Below, piece by piece: positions 13,306-25,914 of a stretch of 64,000 nucleotides of DNA. How positions within the stretch are numbered: position 1 is the stretch's first letter; the number at the start of each line of letters is the position of its first letter. Below the pieces are notes generated by a model. That model did not search any database, was not told the DNA's origin, and saw only the letters and a program-made list of their open reading frames with translations. Made by a program: the position numbers and the translations under genes. The DNA is from Mobula hypostoma (taxonomy: Eukaryota), in NCBI RefSeq assembly GCF_963921235.1, contig NC_086097.1, forward strand, positions 56,360,001 through 56,424,000, written 5' to 3'.

Positions 13306-14778
13306 ACATACATCAAAGTTGCTGGTGAACGCAGCAAGCCAAGCAGCATCTATAGGAAGAGGCGCAGTCGACGTTTCAGGCCGAGACCCTTCGTCAGGAC
13401 TAACTGAAGGAAGAGTGAGTAAGGGATTTGAAAGCTGGAGGGGGAGGGGGAGATGCAAAATGATAGGAGAAGACAGGAGGGGGAGGGATAGAGCCGAGAG
13501 CTGGACAGGTGATAGGCAAAAGGGGATACGAGAGGATCATGGGACAGGAGGCCTAGGGAGAAAGACGGGGGGGGGGGTGACCCAGAGGATGGGCAAGAGG
13601 TATATTCAGAGGGACAGACGGAGAAAAAGGAGAGTGAGAGAAAGAATGTGTGCATAAAAATGAGTAACAGCTGGGGTACGAGGGGGAGGTGGGGCCTAGC
13701 GGAAGTTAGAGAAGTCAATGTTCATGCCATCAGGTTGGAGGCTACCCAGACGGAATATAAGGTGTTGTTCCTCCAACCTGAGTGTGGCTTCATCTTTACA
13801 GTAGAGGAGGCCGTGGATAGACATGTCAGAATGGGAATGGGATGTGGAATTAAAATGTGTGGCCACTGGGAGATCCTGCTTTCTCTGGTGGACAGAGCGT
13901 AGATAAGCGGTCTCCCAGTCTGCGTCGGGTCTCACCAATATATAAAAGGCCACATCGGGAGCACTGGACGCAGTATATCACCCCAGTCGACTCACAGGTG
14001 AAGTGATGCCTCACCTGGAAGGACTGTTTGGGGCCCTGAATGGTGGTAAGGGAGGAAGTGTAAGGGCATGTGTAGCACTTGTTCCGCTTACACGGATAAG
14101 TGCTGGGAGGGAGATCAGTGGGGAGGGATGGGGGGGACGAATGGACAAGGGAGTTGTGTAGGGAGCGATCCCTGCGGAATGCAGAGAGAGGGGGGGAGGG
14201 AAAGATGTGCTTAGTGGTGGGATCCCGTTGGAGGTGGCGGAAGTTACGGAGAATAATATGTTGGACCCGGAGGCTGGTGGGGTGGTAGGTGAGGACCAGG
14301 GGAACCCTATTCCTAGTGGGGTGGTGGGAGGATGGAGTGAGAGCAGATGTACGTGAAATGGAGGAGATGCGTTTAAGAGCAGAGTTGATAGTGGAGGAAG
14401 TGAAGCCCCTTTCTTTAAAAAATGAAGACATCTCCCTCGTCCTAGAATGAAAAGCCTCATCCTGAGAGCAGATGCGGCGGAGACGGAGGAATTGCGAGAA
14501 GGGGATGGCGTTTTTGCAAGAGACAGGGTGAGAAGAGGAATAGTCCAGATAGCTGTGAGAGTCAGTAGGCTCATAGTAGATATCAGTGGATAAGCTGTCT
14601 CCAGAGACAGAGACAGAAAGATCTAGAAAGGGGAGGGAGGTGTCGGAAATAGACCAGGTAAACTTGAGGGCAGGGTGAAAGTTGGAGGCAAAGTTAATAA
14701 AGTCAACGAGTTCTGCATGCGTGCAGGAAGCAGCGCCAATGCAGTCGTCGATATAGCGAAGGAAAAGTGGGGGACAGA
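13306..14778 (-). mobile_element. Penelope-like element (RT C-terminus, GIY-YIG endonuclease, terminal repeat)
   Basis: ORF 13850-14431 with Cys linker CKRNKCYTC and VIYCVQCSRCGLLYIGETRRRLGDR; downstream LPVATHFN..RLEEQHLIFRLGSLQPDGMN. Confidence 0.95.
13365..13403 (-). ncRNA. Minimal type I hammerhead ribozyme motif in the Penelope terminal repeat
   Basis: AGUC-CUGACGA-AGG(GUCUCGG)CCU-GAAA-C-GUC-GACU: full catalytic core, stem I AGUC/GACU, stem II AGG/CCU, loopless palindromic stem III (ACGU). Confidence 0.75.
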
Positions 14779-15970
14779 TTGGTTGAGTTCATTGGTATGA
14801 CTTGGGAGAAAACAGTGGTAGTACTTTATCAGACCTAAGTACGACCTGAGTTGTGACACATTTTCTGGTTTGGGTGCCTGCAGCACTGCTTCAATCTTCT
14901 CTTGTGACTTATGTAAGCCATGCTTGTCAATGACATGTGCACAATATGAGATTTCATTCTTGAAATACTCACATTTCTCTCTGTTTGCGCACAGACGATA
15001 CTCACTCAGCCTGGTAAGCACTTTACCAAGGTTCTGGAGGCGCTCTTCATCATTCTTGCCAGTCACAATGATGATATCAAGGTAACATTGTGTTCCTGGG
15101 ATATCTTGGAGCACTTGCTCCATTGGTCTTTGCCTTTCGCTGGAGCTGATGCAACACCAAAGATGAGACCATTATACTGGAACAGTCATTTGTGAGTGTT
15201 GGTTGTGAGGAACTTCCTGCCTGACTCCTCGATCTCCATTTGCAAATAGGCTTGTGACAAGTCAATCTTTGAAAGCCTCTCCACACCTGCCAACAACATA
15301 AAAATGTCTTCTAATGGTGGCAAGGGATACTGCACAGTACGCGGCACAGAGTTGATGCTCATTTTGAAGTCCCCGCATATGCAAATAGCTCTGGCCTTTC
15401 CTTTCTTGATCACCAGGACAATGGGCATGGTCTAACCACTCCATTCAACCTTGGAGAGAATGCCAGATGCCTCCAAGCTCTGCAGTTCAGCATTCTCTTT
15501 AGAACGTAGTGCTTAAGGCACTGGACACGCATTGTGGAATCTTGGTATTTCTGCTTCATTCAATTCATTTCTGGTCTTCATGCCTCTGAATTTACCAATA
15601 TCTTTCTCATTAGCTTTAAGTAGCTGTGATAGACTCTGGTTAGTGCATCCACTGGGGCTGCAGTGTGTCCCAGTCTAGTCGGAATTTTCTGAATCATTCA
15701 CATCCAAAAAGTGCTGGCCTTCCACTTTTCAACACACAAAGTTCTTACTGCTATGTTTGGCCTCCAACATTACATTCATTTTCAGTTTGCCTTCGGGAGA
15801 CACTTTTTCGCCTGTATAGGACTTTAGCATCACTGAGGTCCTTTTTAATGATAGCTTAGGAAACACTCTGTTGTAGTCAGCCTCTGAAGCTATAGACAAA
15901 GCTGACTCTGTAAGCAGCTCCATTTTCAGTTTTACACCAGACACATTTATTGTGATCCATATGATTTTGT

Positions 15971-16274
15971 ACTACTACTACTACTACATCGACTCAGGCC
16001 TAGGGGGCCAGCGTCGGGCACGATGACGGGATCTTCACTTCTCCCTCTTCCTCATCAGTGCGTTCAGTTCATCTACATTAGCCATGCCGCTGTCTTCTAG
16101 GAGTGTGTTGACCATAGTCTTGGGAGGGCGTCCAGGGTTCATCCTCCCATGCTTGGGCTCCCATATGATGACTAGGCTGGCAGGTAGCTCGGGGTGACGT
16201 AGACAGTGCCCAGCTAGTTGCAGTCTTGTCACCTCAATTTTAGTGGTGAGCATCGATAGGATGTCATAGAGCTC
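15971..16274 (-). mobile_element. RTE/RTEX-type LINE 3' end with (TAG)n tail and 8-bp TSD
   Basis: RLQLAGHCLRHPELPASLVIIWEPKHGRMNPGRP. TSD gattttgt at 15963-15970 and 16275-16282. Confidence 0.88.
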
Positions 16275-16528
16275 GATTTTGTGAGCTGCTGTTCTAGGCA
16301 TGACAGCTCACTTTTGTCAGACTCTGTGTTGTCTGATTCTGTTGCACTTTATGCATTTGTTCGGTTTTGTGTTTGGAACTTTTCATTCTGTGTGGTTTTT
16401 CTCTTTGATTGTGTTTTTTGTCTGACTTGCACATTCTCTCTATGTGACCTTGTCTGTGACATTTCCTGCAAACTTTTTCTTTGAACCAACAGTCATTTGC
16501 ATCATTGGAGGATTTACCACATTGATAA

Positions 16529-17174
16529 GACCGCTTTGCTGAACACCTACGCTCTGTCCGCCAGAGAAAGCAGGATCTCCCAGTGGCCACACATTTTAAT
16601 TCCACATCCCATTCCCATTCTGACATGTCTATCCACGGCCTCCTCCACTGTACAGATGAAGGTTGGAGGAACAACACCTTATATTCCGTCTGGGTAGCCT
16701 CCAACCTGATGGCATGAACATCGACTTCTCTAACTTCCGCTAATGCCCCACCTCCCCCTCGTACCTCATCTGTTATTTATTTTTATACACACATTCTTTC
16801 TCTCACTCTCCTTTTTCTCCCTCTTTCCCTCTGCATATACCTCTTGCCCATCCTCTGGGTCCCCCCCGCCTCCTTGTCTTTCTTCCCGGACCTCCTGTCC
16901 CATGATCCTCTCGTATCCCTTTTGCCAATCATCTGTCCAGCTCTTGGCTCCATCCCTCCCCCTCCTGTCTTCTCCTATCATTTTGGATCTCCCCCTCCCC
17001 CTCCAACTTTCAAATCCCTTACTCACTCTTCCTTCAGTTAGTCCTGACGAAGGGTCTCGGCCTGAAACCTCGACTGCACCTCTTCCTAGAGATGCTGCCT
17101 GGCCTGCTGCGTTCACCAGCAACTTTTATGTGTGTCGCTTGAATTTCCAGCATCTGTAGAATTCCTGTTGTTTG
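16529..17174 (+). mobile_element. Penelope-like element 3' fragment
   Basis: DRFAEHLRSVRQRKQDLPVATHFN; close to the reverse complement of 13306-13910. Flanked by cattgataa (16520) / cattggtaa (17175), a probable TSD. Confidence 0.92.
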
Positions 17175-18027
17175 CATTGGTAATACTTTTGGCTTTTTCC
17201 ACCATTCAAAGCATATTGTGTATGTCACATTCTAAGCTCTTTTTCTGTAGTTCTGCTGCATCCCTTTCTGCAGTCTCTAAAGATAATACAATGGTCAATG
17301 CCCAATGCCCATTCTAAGGTTAGATTTCTTTTGAGTGCTTTGATTATGCATGTCACATACAAGCCTATCCCTTAATGCATCAGAAAGTCCATCTCTAAAG
17401 TCACAGTACTGGAAAGTTTGTGCAGCTCTGCAATGTATTCAGAAATGCTTTCATCCTTTGATTGGCACCTTTTGTTAAATCTAAATACTCAGCTATTACT
17501 AGCTTAAATGATTTTGTAAAATTGTAACAATTTCATCAAACGTCTTGCTTGCTGGCTTTTCAGGAGTTACTAAATTGCATAAAATCCTGCAGGTTTTAGT
17601 ACCCATTAAGCTAAGAAGCATGGAGGCTTTCTTTTCCTCATCTACGCCATTTGCATTACAATACAGTTCAACCCTCTTGATATATGATCCCCAGTTCTCA
17701 TCAGTGCTATCAAATTCAACAACTTTTCCAGCTAAGGCTATTGTCACGTTATTTTCACTTTAACATTACTACTTGTGCGTATTTCATTGTGTACCATGCA
17801 GTTACTCACGTGTCCATTTGTTGGGATCCATGATGGCCCTCTCCGTTATTGATTAACTCTTTCCTCTCGCTGTCTCCCCATAACTATCAGTGCAGTTGGT
17901 GACATTCACTGACTTTCAGGTTTGTACTCATCACCAAATTGTTGTGTCTGCACAACTACATATCAAATAAATAAAAGCACGCTCACGTAACTTGTGTATT
18001 CACATTGCAGCGACAGAGAGAGAGAGA

Positions 18028-20700
18028 GTTCAAAAGTTCAAAGTAAAATTTATTATCAGAGTACACACATGTTACCACAAACAACCCTGAGATTCTTTTT
18101 CTGCAGGCATACTTAGAAAATGTATAGAACTGTAATTGTAAACTGTAAACATCAGGAATTGTTACTGTGAACAAACTGTATAAATGCAGATATAAATATA
18201 CAGCAATAAATAACAACATAACAGAGTCCTTCAATGAATGTAGTTATTCCCTTTTGTTCAAGAGCCTGATGGTTGGGAGGTAGTAACTGTACTTGAACAG
18301 TCCTGAAGCTCCTGTACCTTCCACCTGATGGCAGCAGCGAGAAACGAGCACGTCCTGGGTGGTGAGGATCTTTGATGATGGATGCTGCTTTTCTCTGGCA
18401 ACGTTTCATGTCGATGTGTTCAGGGGTTGGGAGGCTTTTACTCGTGATGTACTGAGCTGAATCCATTACCTTTTGTAGGATTTTACATTCAAGTGCATTA
18501 GTGTTCCCATACCAAGTCATAATGCAGCCAGTCAGCACACCTTCCACCACACGTCTACAGAGGTTTGTCAAGGTTTTCCATAACATGCCGCACACTCCCG
18601 CTGTTATGCTTTATTTGCTATAGCATTTATATGATGGGTCCAAGACAGGTCCCTGAGATAGTGACACCCAGGAATTTAAAGTTACTGACCCTCCACCTCT
18701 GATCCTCTGATAATTGCTGGTTTACCAACCTCTGGTTTCCCTCTCCGAAAGTCTATAATCAGATCCTTGGTCTTACTGACATTGAGTAAGAGGTTGTTGT
18801 TATTACTCCACTCAGCCAAAATATCAGTCTCCCTCCTGTATGCTGATTCATCACCCCCTTTGATATGACCCACAACAGTGGTATCATCAGCAAACTTGTA
18901 TATGGTATTGGAGCTGTACTCAGCCACACAGTCATAGTGTAAAGCAAGTCGAGCAGGGGCTAAGTACACATCCCTGTGGTGCTCCTGTGTTGACGGAGAT
19001 TGTGGAGATGTTCTTACCAATCCAAACTGACTGGGGTCTACAAGTGAGGAAATTCAGGATCCAATTGTACGTGGGGGTATTGAGGCTTAGGTCTTGGAGT
19101 TTACTGATTAGTTTTGAGGAGATGATGGTGTTGAATGCTGAGCTGTAATCAATTAAGAGCATCCTGATGTATGCATCCAGATGGTCTAGGGTTGTGTGAA
19201 GTGCCAACAAGATAGTATCTGCTGTAGACCTGTTGCTTTGGTAGGCGAATTGGAATGGATACAAGTCACCATTCAGACAGGAGCTGATGTGCTTCAACAC
19301 CAGCCTCTCAAAACACTTCATCACGTGAATGTAAATGCCACTGGACAATAGTCATTTTGACAGATTACCATCCTCTTCTTGGGTACCGATCTGATTGAAG
19401 CCGGCTTGAAGCAGGAGGGTACCACACACTACCAGAGCGAGAGGTTGAAGATATCCATGAATACATCAGCCAGTCAGTCAGCACAGGTCTTCAGTACATT
19501 GTCAGGTTCTCTGCCTGGACTGGATGCTTCCCTTGGACTTACTCTCTTGTAGACTGCCCACGCGTCATCTTCAGATACTGAGACCAAATGATCAACAGGA
19601 GACATGGGGGTATGTGATGATTCCTTCCTGATCTGGTGGTCAACATGAGCATAGAAGGCATTGAGCTCACCTGGAAGTGAAGATCTGCTGTCCTCTATGT
19701 CACAAGATTTAGCTTTGTATCAGGTTATGTCATTCAAACCCTGCCAAAGCTGTCGAGCATCTCTCGTTGATTCCAGTCTAGCCCGGAATCTCCACTTTGC
19801 CTGAGAGATGGCTTTCCAGAGATCATACCTGCACCTCTTGTAGCATTCTTGATCTCCAGACTTGAATGCTTCTGATCTGGCTCTCAGCAGGTTCCGGATT
19901 TCATTGTTCATCCAGGGCATCCGATTGGGGAAAACCCTGAACAATTTTGTGGGGACACACTCATCCACAGTTGTTTTAATAAAGTCTGTAACCACCACGG
20001 TGTAGTCATTCAGGTCCTGGGATGAGTTCTTGAACACGGCCGAGTCCACTGACTCAATGCAGTACTGTAACCGTTCCTCAGCCTCCCGCGACCACCTCAT
20101 GGTTGTCTTAATCTCTGGAGCCTTGCTCTTGAGGCTCTGTCTGTATGCAGATAGGAGTACAGACAAATGATCTGACTTGCCTAAATGCAGTCACGGGAAG
20201 GAGTGATAGGCATTCCTTATCATAGTGTAGCGGTGGTCTAGTGTGTTGGGACCTCTGGTGCAATAGGTTACATGCTGGAGATAATTGGGCAAGTTTTTCA
20301 TTAAACAGGTCTGGTTAGAATTGCTGTCTATACTTTGAATTGCGTTGGGATGGGCCTTTTCTTGTTTACAGACAGCATATGCCATTACTTCTTTCCTTAC
20401 TAGCACTGGAGGTTCGATCCATTCTGAAAATCGTTAAACATGCTGGTCGGATAGCGGCATCTGGTGTGTTCAATGTTAACCAAGTCTCAGTGCAACAAAC
20501 AGCTGAGATCTGCCTCATCTGCCTCTGATTCAGCATCCTTGCCCTGAGATTATCTATCTTATTTTCAAGTGACTCTGTACATTCGCTAACAAGATGATAG
20601 GCAGAGGAGGCCTCATCCCTCTTCACTTCAGCCTGGTTTGAATTCCACCTCTCCTGCCGTATTTTGAACCTTGGCCTTAACCCTTAACGGTATTTTAGAG
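18028..20700 (-). mobile_element. Long degenerate Rex1/Babar LINE (endonuclease and RT)
   Basis: EN motifs CCTETWL and [66 protein letters not shown]; (aaagttc)n tail at about 18030. Confidence 0.92.
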
Positions 20701-21340
20701 AACAGATCATTGTGCATGTGCAGTTACCAGTCCATAATCAGAGCTATGGGGAGTCATTGCTCTAAAAGAAATAGATCCATACTTTACACTAGTCAATTAC
20801 AGTATATGAACTGTATCCAATATAGGTTCTGAAATAAGAAGAACATATTTATGGCCCGTGTTAATCCTCTAGCTGCAAGAAATATACTTGCTCACTGTTT
20901 GGCTGAACCATGTGTTATATTTACATTCAAATATGCTTCTGGGAAAGAGCTTGTAGCTAATATTAATTAAGCATTTAATGTGAATCTTGCTTCTAGTTAG
21001 GAATAATAAACTTCTCTCCCAGGGATCCAGGAATGGTATGCAATGGATGCTAGTAAATGTGCAATATACTAAAACTTCAAGAAATGTCATGGGTTTAATT
21101 GGACTTCAATGACCAACTCTTTTGTTTAGCAATTTTATATTTTTCACCCCCTTATTCACCCTTTAAAAGGGACTTGGCCTTCTGGGAGCACAGTTCCAAT
21201 GAAGAACTCCAACTAAAAAGTTAATTTTGAATCTTCTAGTCATTTCCAATATCGATCATTTGATTCAAAATTACTGGAATTTCCAGATTCTTGCCCCCAT
21301 GTGCAATGGATTAATGAGTTTTACTGCTCTAATGCAATGC

Positions 21341-21485
21341 ACACAAGATGCTGGAGGAACTCAGCAGGTCAGGCAGCACCTACAAAGGGAAATAAACAGA
21401 CACCATTTTGGCCTGAAATGTCAATGTTTAATTTCCTCTATAGATACTGCCTGACCTGCTGAGTTCCTCCAGCATTTTATGTGTG
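21341..21485. mobile_element. Palindromic non-autonomous Penelope-derived element
   Basis: Arms atgctggaggaactcagcaggtcaggcag / ctgcctgacctgctgagttcctccagcat are reverse complements. The centre retains ggcctgaaatgtc. Confidence 0.75.
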
Positions 21486-21715
21486 TTGGTCAAGACACCT
21501 GTGTCTTTTGATCTTTGCGACTGCATTGTGCACTCTTCCCTGCCTGATATAGACCAGTTTCTTGGTCACCTTTAAGGAGAGTTTCATTCGGATTCTGTAT
21601 CTCTATAGGGAAAGGGTAAATACTATCAAACAGCATTTAAATGTTGCAGTTTAATTTGTGTTATCATTTCAGAGGATGTTTCCTGGATCCAGCAAGCAAT
21701 TGCCATTACAAAGAT

Positions 21716-22250
21716 AGGACGCCAGTGCTTCTACTTAGAAGTTTGCGAAGATATGGCATGTCATCTAAAACTTCGACAAACCTCTTTCGATGTGCAGTGT
21801 AGAGTAAATACACTGGCTTTATCACAGCCTGGTATGAAAACACCAATCCTCTTTAACGGGAAAGCCTACAAAAACTAGTGGATACAGCCCTGTCCATCAC
21901 AGGTAAGGCCCTCTCCCCACTACTGAGCACATTTAAATGAAGCACTGTCGCAGGAAAGTAGCATTCATCATCGAAGACTCACTCTCAAGGACTCTTCATC
22001 TCATTTTCTCGCTATTTATTGCTTATTTATTTATTTAGTTAGTTATTGTTATTATTATTTGTGTTTTCATTCTTTTTGCTTTTACACAGTTTGTTGACTT
22101 TTGCACACTGGTTGCTTGTCCTGCTGGGTGCGGTCTTTCATTGACTCTATTGAGTTTCTTGTATTTACTATGACTGCCCGCAAGAAAATGAATCTCAGGT
22201 TTCTAATGGTGACATATATACATATTTTGATAATAAATTTACTTTGAATG
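21716..22250 (+). mobile_element. Rex1/Babar 3' fragment
   Basis: Similar to the reverse complement of 18030-18600. Confidence 0.7.
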
Positions 22251-22411
22251 TCGAATTTTAGAAGTATAAATCTGTATGTGCAGTTAAAACAACACCAACA
22301 CCTTTCATAATACATTAACTGGCCACCAGATGGAGCACTTTTAATAAGATACTGTAAATGCTCCTATTCATATGAATATTTCCAAATTATTCAAATATGG
22401 TATTAGATACC

Positions 22412-23220
22412 ATATGGAGTTTAATACTGACAAGTGTGAGGTATTGCACATTGGAAGGACAAACCAACGTAGAACATACAGGGTTAATGGTAAGGCACTG
22501 AGGAATGAAGTGGAACAGAGGGATCTGGGAATACAGATACAAAATTCCCTAAAAGTGTCGTCACAGGTAGATAGGGTCGTAAAGAGAGCTTTTGGTACAT
22601 TGGCCTTTATTAATCAAAGTATTGAGTATAAGAGCTGGAATGTTATGATGAGGTTGTATAAGGCATTGGTGAGGCCGAATCTGGAGTGTTGTGTTCAGTT
22701 TTGGTCACCAAATTACAGGAAGGATATAAATAAGGTTGAAAGAGTGCAGAGAAGGTTTACAAGGATGTTGCCGGGACTTGAGAAACTCAGTTACAGAGAA
22801 AGGTTGAATAGGTTAGGACTTTATTCCCTGGAGCGTAGAAGAATGAGGAGAGATTTGATAGAGGTATATAAAATTATGATGGGTATAGATAGAGTGAATG
22901 CAAGCAGGCTTTTTCCACTGAGGCAAGGGGAGAAAAAAACCAGAGGACATGGGTTAAGGGTGAGGGGGAAAAAGTTTAAAGGGAACATTAGGGGGGGCTT
23001 CTTCACACAGAGAGTGGTGGGAGTATGGAATGAGCTGCCAGACGAGGTGGTAAATGCGGGTTCTTTTTTAACATTTAAGAATAAATTGGACAGATACATG
23101 GATGGGAGGTGTATGGAGGGATATGGTCCGTGTGCAGGTCAGTGGGACTAGGCAGAAAATGGTTCGGCACAGCCAAGAAGGGCCAAAGGGCCTGTTTCTG
23201 TGCTGTAGTTTCTATGGTTC
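22412..23220 (+). mobile_element. Young 5'-truncated CR1 LINE (uninterrupted ORF2 C-terminus)
   Basis: MEFNTDKCEVLH..EQRDLG..LYKALVRPNLE..FWSP..RRRMRRDLIEVYK..TRGHG..FFTQRVVGVWN; (ttctatg) tail. Confidence 0.95.
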
Positions 23221-23439
23221 TTTCTATAAACTTTCTATCTCTGTGAAAGTTAGTTTATGTTGATAATATTACAATAAAATCAACAAATTAAACATTTCTT
23301 CATCCTAATTACAACAATAGCATTAATGACAGCACAGAATTTGGTAATTCAATTACATTTTCATTTCCAATGTGCAAGCGGTGATTACCTCAAGTGTAAT
23401 CCCATATTAAGATTGGAATCATAAAGCACTACCTACAAA

Positions 23440-23850
23440 TCTAAGCCTGGCGGAACTGTTTCTGCTGACAGGAGAAGGGGAAAAGGTGGTTTACTGGCAC
23501 TTTAAAACAAGTCTCTTTGGGCATTGGGGCTCATCAGCTGTGGTTGGCAGCTCATCTAGTAGGAAAACTCTGATCTCAAACCTCCACTGCCTTGCTCATG
23601 GGGAAGACTTCAGGTGTAAACTCCAAGGGAAAAATCCAGAGCTGGGGTCCCTACGCCAGTCCTACATTGAGTCCAATGCTGACTGGCAGCTCCTGTGATG
23701 CTGCTGGTACCAAACTGTATCACATTCTGCCGTTCCTTTGGCTTCATCAACTGCATGGAGAGGGGGAGCTTGCTACATGGGCAACAGCTTGCTCTCCATA
23801 TCGCTCTGCCCAGGCTTGGTTATCTAGACAGCTAGGTCCATGGTCAACTA
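23440..23850 (+). mobile_element. Probable RTE 5'UTR-derived interspersed repeat
   Basis: GC-richer block with gaaaactctgatctcaaacctc and ggagctggagtccc-type motifs. Recognition is weak. Confidence 0.3.
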
Positions 23851-24239
23851 CCTATAATTCTACTCTGATACATGGCCAAATCACACTAGTTAGCCCAATC
23901 TGCATATATTTAATGGTCAAAAAATGCTGGCTTTGTTCATGTGCTATTAGTTATTCTGTAAATTATAGTAATTTTATGTTTGCACTCTACTGCTGCTGCA
24001 AATTAACACCAACATCCCTCCAGGATTTCCAGCTGGAAAATGAATTAAATAACCAAATTCGTAAGCTAGGGTTTTGACACAGGAAGGGGTGGAAGGGGGC
24101 ATCATGGCAATGGAGAACATAATACTGTAAGACCAAAAGACGTAGGAGCAGAATTAGGCCATTCAGACCGTTGAACATTCAGCTCATCGAGGATTTTAAA
24201 AGCTTCCCAATCCTCTAGCTTCGTACTATTTTTTATTAG

Positions 24240-24520
24240 TTTATTTATTTAGTTAGAGGTGCAGCATGGACCAGGCCTTTCTAGCCCTTCAAGCCGTGCC
24301 ACCCAGCATCCCACCTATTTAGCCCTAGCCTAGTCATGGGACAATTTACAATGACCAATTAACCTACTAACCAGTGTGTCTTTGGATTGTGGGAGGAAAC
24401 CCACAGGTACATGAAAAGGAACATACAAACTTGCTCACAGAGGATGCCGGAATTGAACTCTGAATTCTGATGCCCTGAGCTGTAATAGTATCACGTTAAC
24501 TACTAAATACTGTGGTGCCA
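24240..24520 (-). mobile_element. tRNA-derived V-domain/HE1-type SINE
   Basis: Minus strand has B-box-like gagttcaattcc and V-domain gggtttcctcccacaatccaaagac..ggttaattggtcattgtaaattgtccc. Confidence 0.7.
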
Positions 24521-24524
24521 CTTT

Positions 24525-25020
24525 TTAAAAATAGTTTTTGCTATATTATATTCATTCTCATTTGCTTTTATGCTGTTTTTTTACTGACCTTGTCAGCTAC
24601 AGTTGCCTCATCCTCCCTTTAAATAATTCATCTTCTTTGGGATGAATCTATCCTACGCCTTCTGAATTGCTCCCAGAAATTCCAGCCCTTGCTGTTCGGC
24701 TATCATCCCTGCTAGTGCTCCCTTCCAATCAACTTGGGCCTGCTCTCTCATGCCTCTGTAATCCCCTTTGCTCCACTGTAATGCTGATAGATCTAACTTT
24801 ATCTTCTTCCTCTCAAACTTCAGGGTAAATTCTAACATATTATGATCACTGCCTCCTAAGGGTTCTTTTACCTTCAGCTTCCTAATGAAATCAGGTTTAT
24901 TGCACAACACCCAATCTAGAACTGCCTTTTCTCGAGAGGGCTCAACCACAAACTGCTCTAAAAAGCTATTTTTCAGGGATTCTACAAATGCTCTCCTTTG
25001 GGATCCAGCACCAACCTGAA
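24525..25020 (-). mobile_element. CR1 ORF2 fragment (endonuclease end)
   Basis: FLEQFVVEPSREKAVLDWVLCN..PLGGSDHNM. Confidence 0.85.
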
Positions 25021-25914
25021 AGGTAAAGCCATAAGATGAAGTAGCAGTAACGGTCGATGAAACTGAGACTAAAGATGCTTCAGCATCTGAAAGAAATGAC
25101 TGCACTTTTGTCAAATTTGAACTGGAGGGAGTATGATATTATTGAAGTTGTGTACCAATTAAGCAATTGGAGATTATGGAAAGGATTGCTGTGCAAATGG
25201 AGAGCACAGCATAGTTGGGAGTGATGCCATCCAATGGGTGATGTGTGGGGAAAACAAAGGAAAGAGATAGGGTTGAATTCCTGGAGATCGGCAACACTGA
25301 GCTTGTGGGAAGAGGGAAAAAAAAGCAACTTAAGTTCTCACGGTGCTCCATTGTGATAGATGTGAATATTAGCAGGTAGGGTCTAATCCTGCTGGCGGAC
25401 TGTAAACAGGACATGCGTGAGGTGACTGAATATTCGCTAACACAAGAGACTTAACAATGTAGACTGAGAGATTAAAAGTACATTTTTTTTAGCATATAAG
25501 AGGTCCCCTCATAAGTCTTATAACAGCAGTGCTACAGTTTCCTCCCATATTCCAAAGATGTGCGGTTAGAGTCAGTGATTTGAGCATGCTATGTTGGCAC
25601 CGGAAGTTTGGCGACACTTTGTGGGCTGCCCAGCACGATCTTTGTTGATTTGACACAAATGACACATTATGCTGTATGTTTCAATGTACAGGTGAAAAAT
25701 AAAGCTATTTTTCCATCTTTTTAACAGCAGGACAGAAGTTGTCCTTGAGCCTGGTGGTATGTGTTTTTGCAGCTTCTGTCAAATGGGAGGGAGGAGTAGA
25801 GAGAATGAATTAGTTCAGTCATTGTTTTTTGGTGTGGTAGTAAAAAACCTGACTAAAGGTTAATAAGAAAAAACAGAAGAAAAGTGAACGTGGAAATAAA
25901 ACAATTAGACACGT

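Larger units (their letters stand above)
12746..18012 (-). mobile_element. Degenerate Gypsy (Mag-like) LTR retrotransposon carrying three nested insertions
   Basis: Gag MTIALAGKVVEFD..ENW..; CCHC knuckle (CRKCHRQGHIERMC); protease region; RT (RICGDFK-like, KIDLSQAYLQ, YLDI for YLDD); integrase (FARNGLPEQIVSDN). PBS-like TGGTGATGAG at 17936-17927. LTR remnant from 17940. Confidence 0.9.

Noticed and set aside
22372..23151. Longest ORF (259 aa) as a host gene
   Set aside because: It is the CR1 ORF2 C-terminus with a fortuitous upstream ATG in flanking DNA.
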